From Acidobacteriota bacterium (lineage in GTDB: Bacteria > Acidobacteriota > UBA6911 > JACQSX01), in contig DASXQR010000007.1 of NCBI GenBank assembly GCA_036507075.1, forward strand, positions 1 through 34,219: DNA of 34,219 bases. Direction: 5' to 3'. The notes under the pieces were generated by a model, which worked only from the letters and a program-made list of their open reading frames with translations, ran no database searches and had not been told where the DNA came from. The position numbers and the translations under genes were made by a program. This document shows, one piece after another, positions 28,528 through 34,219 of this stretch; the stretch's first letter is position 1; each line of letters opens with the position of its first letter.

Positions 28528-30129
28528 TTATTCTTTTTTACAACCTACTGAATTCGATTGCTTCCAGGGCGCAAGTTGTGAGCAACTGGTGAGCAAGATA
28601 ACGCCTGAAGCATCGTCGGCAGTCATTCCTTCCGATCCGCAGGATTCCAGCAGCCGTTTATTGGCGCCCCAGAGCCCGAAGCTGTTTCGAATTCCCATAC
28701 CCAGAAAATGAAGGCTCAATTCATCGGCAAAATCAATCGTCGCCATATCGGGATCTTCCAAGAGGCGGTCGACGGCGTCAACTACTGTCTGCGGCCACCG
28801 CAGCCAACCCAGAATCTCATCTCTCGGCGGGATGCCGCCCTGCCAAACAATTTTGTCGTTCACTTCGGTCGCCGGCAGCTTAGTCACACCCCATTCGAAT
28901 AATAATTCCGGCACTGCGATCCCGGACACAATGGATGCATCGGAGTGTTCCTCATCCAAAATAGCTTGGATACCGGCTGCCACGGTTCGAGCTGAGTCCA
29001 TATCGGCTCCCCACACTGAAATAGTCATTGGTTGGTGAGTAGTGCGCGGCTCTGAACGAGGATCTTGAACGGGTAGCTCCTGGTTTGTCGCCTCGCAATC
29101 CAGTTCCGCGAGAACCGCGACATCCTCGAGGTGATCTGGTAAACAGACGTCTGGTTTATCCGTTTTTATCGACCCGTCACCACTCTGGTCGCGAGTAATC
29201 CACTCTTCTAACCAGCGGAGTCGTTGGCAGGCAGACATGACCAAGTTGCAGGTGCTGTTTGGTTGGTAGGCAATGTTGGGGAAGAAGCTCACGTGTGTTA
29301 GTAGCAACTCTGGCGAAAGGCACCACGATCCAAGGAAGTGGGAGCGGGTCACCGACCTAAGTTCCAAAAAATTCAGGTTGAGGGGGAGTTGGTAGTTGAC
29401 GCTTATGTCACGTAGTGTCGGCAGAGTGGTGAGGATGAGCAGGCCATTTCCAAGACGAGGGTGTACTTGCGCCGTGCTCAGTGACACCAGCGCTGAACTA
29501 TGCGCAAAGGGAAAGACAAACTGAATTCCATCATCCTCGAGGACCGGATCATAACCGGAATTTTGTAAGAGTTCATAAACTGGTTCTAACTCGGTAACCC
29601 AAGGCGAAGGTTTGCGACCTTCCGGAGCGATCAATTTTTCAATCACAGTCAGCATGTCATCCATCTGCTCCCGGCGACCCGAGACCGGATGCGCAGTAAC
29701 TGCGGCACGACCTGAGATCAGACCGGATAGCCCCTCTCCAAAGATCTGCGCCTCTGTTACCTGGATGGCCGTAACAATCGAGAAGAGGCGTTTGATCCAC
29801 GGAAGCGTTCCATCGTGCACGTACATGCTCGCCATCATCTGCACTTCGCCTCCATTAGTAAGAATAGGGCCACTTAGCGAGCAATGCATGCTGATACCAT
29901 TGAGTCGGCCAAGTTGCTCCGAGGAGGTTTCAAAGTTCGTCAGCAACTCTGTGAAGGCACAGACTCGTGAGATCCGAAATCCGATGTGATCAAACTCCGG
30001 TCCGGCTATGACGGTTTGAGCCAAGTCTTTTCCCCACCACGTAAAACTGCGCTCTGTCCTTACGCTCCACTGCTCGTCAATCTGCAACTGCGAAAAAATG
30101 TGCTCGATGACTGCAACACCTGGATCCAT
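28528..30129 (-). CDS. Mosaic hypothetical protein (N-terminal unknown region, thioredoxin-like segment, C-terminal DUF6794-like domain)
   Basis: AAAGGAGG RBS; WGVTKLPATEVNDKIVWQG.IP; WPQTVVDAVDRL...LHF.GMGIRNSFGLW..N..L. Confidence 0.75.
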   Translation of the reverse strand: MDPGVAVIEHIFSQLQIDEQWSVRTERSFTWWGKDLAQTVIAGPEFDHIGFRISRVCAFTELLTNFETSSEQLGRLNGISMHCSLSGPILTNGGEVQMMASMYVHDGTLPWIKRLFSIVTAIQVTEAQIFGEGLSGLISGRAAVTAHPVSGRREQMDDMLTVIEKLIAPEGRKPSPWVTELEPVYELLQNSGYDPVLEDDGIQFVFPFAHSSALVSLSTAQVHPRLGNGLLILTTLPTLRDISVNYQLPLNLNFLELRSVTRSHFLGSWCLSPELLLTHVSFFPNIAYQPNSTCNLVMSACQRLRWLEEWITRDQSGDGSIKTDKPDVCLPDHLEDVAVLAELDCEATNQELPVQDPRSEPRTTHQPMTISVWGADMDSARTVAAGIQAILDEEHSDASIVSGIAVPELLFEWGVTKLPATEVNDKIVWQGGIPPRDEILGWLRWPQTVVDAVDRLLEDPDMATIDFADELSLHFLGMGIRNSFGLWGANKRLLESCGSEGMTADDASGVILLTSCSQLAPWKQSNSVGCKKE

Positions 30130-30229
30130 CAGTTGCCTCCTTTATTCCCACGACGCCTAGGGAGTTCGAGTTCATGGCTCTTTTCTGGGGCGTAATTCGA
30201 AGTACTTCGAGCTTCCCCGCTCCTGATCC

Positions 30230-30712
30230 TCAACATTCGGCTCGATCGTCCAACGACTCTCGTTCGCCCGCGAGATGGCGTCCAAACTGGTCTAGTTCTT
30301 CATCTGTATCGCAAACCGCATCAACATATCGGGTCCGGCGCAGCCGGGAGAGAATGTCCTCCGGTTCGTCCTCGCAGTAGTCCCTAAGCAACAGGGCATG
30401 GCATTCCGGGCACAGTCTCTCGGACCTTTCGACACGTCTGCCACAGGATTCGCAGAACCGGTAGGTTCTGTTCCTGAGAATCAAGGTGCTATTATTCTTA
30501 TTGATGCAGTTGGCGCACACAAAGCTGCTGGCGTTCGCCACCGGATCTCTAAAGCGGAAGACCGCGTGCGCCCAGCCCCGCCACGTCTGGAATTCGCCGC
30601 AGACCTGGCAAAACTCCGCGCCGAAAATACCGACAAGTGCGCCACGGTGGGTGCGTGTGCTTGCGATTTCTTCTATTCGTCTCTTCCTGTCTGATTCTGT
30701 TGCCATGATCAA
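30230..30712 (-). CDS. Hypothetical protein with four CxxC motifs
   Basis: CQVC, CANC, CESC and CPEC. Confidence 0.6.
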   Translation of the reverse strand: MIMATESDRKRRIEEIASTRTHRGALVGIFGAEFCQVCGEFQTWRGWAHAVFRFRDPVANASSFVCANCINKNNSTLILRNRTYRFCESCGRRVERSERLCPECHALLLRDYCEDEPEDILSRLRRTRYVDAVCDTDEELDQFGRHLAGERESLDDRAEC

Positions 30713-30781
30713 TTGTCCAGTCTGCGGATGACACGAAGTGTATTTGATACGAGCGGTGTGTTTGAGATTTTCATGCGGTCC

Positions 30782-31081
30782 TCATGTTCTTAACGCATCG
30801 TCCGACCGGGATGCCTTACACAAGTCCATTCCACCGCGCTCGGACGTAGGGGAGTGCTGTTGGCCCGAAAGTGGATCAATCTCGCCAGCGTACGCGTTCA
30901 GGATCCGATCTCGCCTGAATCGCGCAAGCGTCAGTTCGGCTGTGTCCAACGACAAGCGAACTCGCTCCTTTGTGTAATCGGAAAAGTGGAGTGTGAAATG
31001 GCACCACCATTTACCATGGTTATTCCACAGGTGGTGGTTGGCATTTGAGCCGGTGCGAATCGAAAGCCATGAGTGTTTCAC
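30782..31081 (-). CDS. Small hypothetical protein resembling an integrase N-terminal arm DNA-binding domain
   Basis: GGGAGG RBS and GTG start; HLWNNHGKWWCHFT...KERVRLSLDTAELTLARFRRD. Confidence 0.75.
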   Translation of the reverse strand: MKHSWLSIRTGSNANHHLWNNHGKWWCHFTLHFSDYTKERVRLSLDTAELTLARFRRDRILNAYAGEIDPLSGQQHSPTSERGGMDLCKASRSDDALRT

Positions 31082-31123
31082 GTGAGTCCTCCCTTCGTCT
31101 CATTGCACCCGGATCGTTGCGCC

Positions 31124-31153
31124 AAAAAAAAAGCCATCCGCGTCAGGATGGCT
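31124..31153 (-). terminator. Riboswitch expression-platform terminator
   Basis: Minus strand AGCCATCC-TGACGC-GGATGGCT followed by 8 further T. Confidence 0.9.
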
Positions 31154-31166
31154 ATGAGGTCCTTTT

Positions 31167-31269
31167 TCAGAGGTTCTCCTCCGCACATCGAAGGATCGGG
31201 ATCCTTCAAGGCACCTTGGCAATTAGCTAGGTTGCCGGGTTCAAATTAAACTGAACCGCTCCTGATGTC
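31167..31269 (-). ncRNA. SAM riboswitch (SAM-I/IV-like)
   Basis: P1 ACAUC/GAUGU, joining AGGAG, short P2 GGUUCA/UGAACC, P3 GGCAACC/GGUGCC, P4 GAAGGAU/AUCCUUC, P5 CGGAGG/CCUCUG. Confidence 0.88.
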
Positions 31270-31276
31270 GCTGTTA

Positions 31277-31305
31277 AGTATCTCAACGACGCATTGTGAA
31301 GGCAA
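31277..31305 (-). promoter_or_regulatory. Promoter of the riboswitch leader
   Basis: TTGCCT-N17-GATACT with extended TG, about 7 nt before P1. Confidence 0.65.
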
Positions 31306-31344
31306 ATTGTTTCTCTGTCATAAAGCTGAGCCGCTTGCCGGTTG

Positions 31345-31707
31345 TGACCTTCCCCCGCTCTTAGGACCACCCGTTAAGTGAGGAATTCCAGTCGTCGGGG
31401 CGGTGGGAAAGTGGGAAACTCGAAGTTTTCCAAGGACGCAAAGCGGCCGTCTTTTCCACGGCCCTCTTGCCAATCCAGTCGAGCCTGCGTCGGCGTTCGG
31501 TAATCCAGAGCGCTATGCGGATGCTCGTGATTGAAGTGACGTCGCCAGGCGTCGATTGACCTTCGAGCATTGGCCAGGCTGGTAAACCAGTGTTGTTGAG
31601 ACAAGTGTCTCGGAAAACGCCATTAAAGCTCTCCTGCCCAGGGCACCGTGTGTAGCCATCCACAATGTTCAAGACACGGACGCGGCGGCCAGTCTGAGAC
31701 TGTCCGA
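31345..31707 (-). mobile_element. IS3-family transposase remnant with terminal inverted repeat
   Basis: GRRVRVLNIVDGYTR, ESFNGVFRD and WF.SL..AR..I..WR..FN...PHSAL.Y.TP in different frames; end sequence TGACCTTCCCCC. Confidence 0.85.
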
Positions 31708-31887
31708 AAACTTCAATCAGACGCTATCCGATGACTGTCCGGTTGTTTCTTAAAGGGCACGAGACGCTCAATCCTCTTGCTTCTCAACCAAAAGGGACGG
31801 TAGACTCAGACCCACATTTTCCAAGGAAGCCAGAACGAGAATCCGACCGCTTCCATGTTTTTCCTTAAGCTAAGGAGGTCCTGATCA

Positions 31888-32424
31888 TTGGCTAACGCAT
31901 TAGGACCAACAGTCAATCCATCAAATCAGTATCCCTGTATTAACGTGGGTTTCGCGGCAAACGGGAAACAATTGCCCGCGGACCATGGGTACCTAATCTA
32001 TGCCGCGATCTCGAAAACTTCGTCTGCGCTGCACGGGGTTGACTGGCTCGGTATTGAACTGATCAGCGGTTTCCCTTCAACCCCGGGGTTGATCGCACTC
32101 CCGGATCGCAGGGCGACGTTGCATCTGCGCATACCAGCGGACCATTACGGCGATGTGTTGCCGCTCGCCGGAAAGCGGCTTGATATCGGCGGTCACCAGA
32201 TCCGCCTCGGTGTGCCTGTCGCTCGCCCGCTCGCGACCGCTCCTTCGCTCTATGCGCGCGTCGTGACAATCAAAAAGTTCACCGAACCTGAGCCATTCAT
32301 CGAAGCAGTAAAGCGCAAGCTGGATTCGTTTGGCTTGAAAGGCCGAGTCGAACTCCCGCGCGATGACCAAGGCCGCTACCGCCGCCGCATAGTACCCGCG
32401 CCAATACTTCGCTGTGCCAATTAG
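31888..32424 (+). pseudogene. cas6: Cas6 (type I-MYXAN Cmx6-like), C-terminally truncated
   Basis: LPADHGYLIYAAIS, L.LRIP, LAGKRLDIGGH and LYARVVTIK; the Gly-rich C-terminal loop is absent; AAGGAGG RBS with TTG start. Confidence 0.8.
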
Positions 32425-32477
32425 CCAAATGAGAATCACGTTGTGACTGGGAACAAAGATTGACCTTGAAAGCGGAG

Positions 32478-33223
32478 GCCCGCAGCGGTCTGGCCTTCGC
32501 GACGCTGCAGCGCGGCAAAAAGCGCCGCGGCTTGCGCTGCTGCGGCCAGCCCGCTCCGGGCGTTTAATCTCTGGGTTCGCTCCGGTTCGGCAGACGACGC
32601 CTCACGCTACGCTCACCCGATAGATTGCTGCTGCGGTTGCGGCGGAACTCATATTCTGCGGTCCGTGATAATCCGACGTGCCGCCGCGGCTTTTTTGGGG
32701 TTCGCTGCGGGTCGGCGCAAGCGCTCCGGACGCCGGGTCGGGTGACTGCCGGCTGCAACCCGGCAAAAAGCGCCGGTCTTGCGCTGCGGCATTCACCCGC
32801 CCCGGCGTCCTCCGCTTGACGGGGTCAGATCGCCCGCCGCTCCCGATGGTCGCCGCGGGCGATCTGACCCCTTATTGCGCCTCACACTCCGCTCACCCCT
32901 GTTTCGTGCGCCAGGACTGGCGCTCGTACGTGGCCTTTTAAGGATGCGGCGGACGCCACAGCCAGGTGGGAATTGCGTCCGCAGTGCCGCCGCGTTTTAA
33001 CAAGGAGAAAAATGACTCCGCGCAAAAGCCGCGCCAGGGCTCGCATTCTGCAGCTCAATCAAGGGAGTGCAATTCAGTTGATTCCACTCCGCAACTCAAC
33101 TTGGCGTGAACCACGCCCTGTCACGTCTTTTGCTCAGCTCCGCCATTTTTGTCTTTTTCTTGAGCAAAAATTTCCCCCCGCCGGCCCCCAGGAACTCGTG
33201 GGGGGGCCGGCGGGGGGAAATTT
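32478..33223. other. Structured non-coding region with multiple long hairpins
   Basis: Hairpins at 32478-32561, 32566-32626, 32697-32899 (branched), about 33004-33160 and 33168-33223. Confidence 0.8.
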
Positions 33224-33294
33224 ATGATGGGGCGGGCGCTCCACAGATTCCCTCGCAAGAGTAATGGCCCTCCAGAGTCCAAAAGGAGGACCCC

Positions 33295-34083
33295 ATGCAA
33301 AAACTCATCATTACCCAGACAGCCGGCGGATTTCGCGTCGGGCACACAGAAGACCCCCAGGTCTTCTTCATGGTCACAAAGCCCAACGGGCGCCTGGTGT
33401 GCAACTGTCCCGATTACAACAAGAATGCTCCCAAGGGGGAATGTGACCACATTTCAGAGGTCGTCAGGCTTCTCAACGGCCAGGTACGGTCAAAGCCAAA
33501 CGGGTGGGCGGGACAGCCAAACGTTCCGGTGGCTCGCAAGGGCCCAGCCAAGGTCGACAGCCTCCCGGCACTGGAGAAGTCCCAGCTTGCCGTACTGCTG
33601 GAGTACCCGTTCAGAGACGACCAGGTCAAAGCGCGGGAGAAGGACGGAGCTCCCTATATTGACGGCGCCAGCGTTATCCAGCGCCTCAACGATGTACTGG
33701 GACCGGAAAACTGGTCTTTTCGCCTGATGGGAGACCCTCAGCAGCTCGAAGACGAAGCCGTCGTGAGGGGCAGGTTGATTGTCCGCATAAACGGTCGCAG
33801 TGTTGTCAAAGAGGACTTTGGTGCCCACGAATATGCTCGCAAGCGGGCAGACAAGGCCATCGTCTCACGCGGTGACACGATTAAGGCCGCCGTTACAGAC
33901 TGCATCAAGCGTTGCGCACATCAGCTTGGCGTCGGATTGCACCTGTACTCCAAAGATGGCCAGTACCGCTCATTCCGAGTCGGCGGTCCAGAAGTAGCAA
34001 AGCCGGCCGCGATTCCTCCAAGCCGGCAAGATGCCGTCGCTTCCGTTTCCGGCAACGGTGCAGAACGGAAGGAGGCGTCATGA
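33295..34083 (+). CDS. SWIM zinc finger fused to a Rad52/Rad22-family ssDNA annealing domain
   Basis: CNCPD...CDH; YID...VIQRLNDVLG..NWSF and KAAVTDCIKRCA..LGVGLHLY; AAGGAGG RBS. Confidence 0.88.
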   Translation: MQKLIITQTAGGFRVGHTEDPQVFFMVTKPNGRLVCNCPDYNKNAPKGECDHISEVVRLLNGQVRSKPNGWAGQPNVPVARKGPAKVDSLPALEKSQLAVLLEYPFRDDQVKAREKDGAPYIDGASVIQRLNDVLGPENWSFRLMGDPQQLEDEAVVRGRLIVRINGRSVVKEDFGAHEYARKRADKAIVSRGDTIKAAVTDCIKRCAHQLGVGLHLYSKDGQYRSFRVGGPEVAKPAAIPPSRQDAVASVSGNGAERKEAS

Positions 34084-34219
34084 AAGATCACATTTTCACG
34101 TACAAAGGGGAACGCACTGACCGCGATTGGGAAGAGATCCTGTATCGGCTCGAATCGCGGGAAAGAAACCAAGAGCGGTCCAGCGAAATAAACGCTGGTC
34201 TGATAGACACACCCATAAC
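34080..34219 (+). CDS. Hypothetical protein (3' partial)
   Basis: AAGGAGG RBS and ATGA overlap with the upstream stop; MKDHIFTYKGERTDRDWEEIL... stays open to the window end. Confidence 0.6.
   Translation, partial: MKDHIFTYKGERTDRDWEEILYRLESRERNQERSSEINAGLIDTPI

Noticed and set aside
28500..28530. Tn7/CAST end (TGTTGGCG...) after the tRNA
   Set aside because: No repeated TnsB-type sites and no tns genes; the TGT is part of the terminator tail.
32728..32810. Integron attC site
   Set aside because: The loop resembles some attC sites, but the RYYYAAC/GTTRRRY ends and cassette ORFs are absent.
32564..33227. Several short ORFs in the structured region
   Set aside because: Low-complexity Arg/Pro/Ala translations of GC-rich hairpins with no recognisable motifs.
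31710..33290. CRISPR array near cas6
   Set aside because: No regularly spaced direct repeats of about 30-37 bp with unique spacers.

Overview
The window has two parts. Positions 1-28500 look like core chromosome of a GC-rich bacterium; Acidobacteriota is my guess from gene style and is not proven. This part encodes two DinB proteins, an MBL hydrolase, an A1-type cytochrome c oxidase operon (subunits II, I, two III, IV and a small accessory protein), an ABC exporter pair, a PAS/GAF hybrid histidine kinase, EgtD, a DUF885 protein, a Kelch protein, an EamA transporter, an EEP/cardiolipin synthase pair, a decayed toxin-antitoxin islet, GGT, a secreted HExxH protein and tRNA-fMet. Most intergenic gaps here hold palindromic repeats (7-8-mer arrays, 9-mer arms, REP-like arms and two dispersed MITE-like families). 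These are often nested, and some supply gene ends. After tRNA-fMet the repeats vanish and an accessory island begins. It contains three minus-strand hypothetical genes headed by a complete SAM-I/IV-type riboswitch that controls a standalone integrase-arm-like mini-protein, an IS3 remnant, a truncated orphan cas6, about 850 bp of highly structured non-coding DNA and a SWIM-Rad52 gene. The best novelty candidates are the SAM-riboswitch-controlled DNA-binding-like mini-protein and the nested palindromic repeat system. All family assignments are from motif recognition; no database searches were run.
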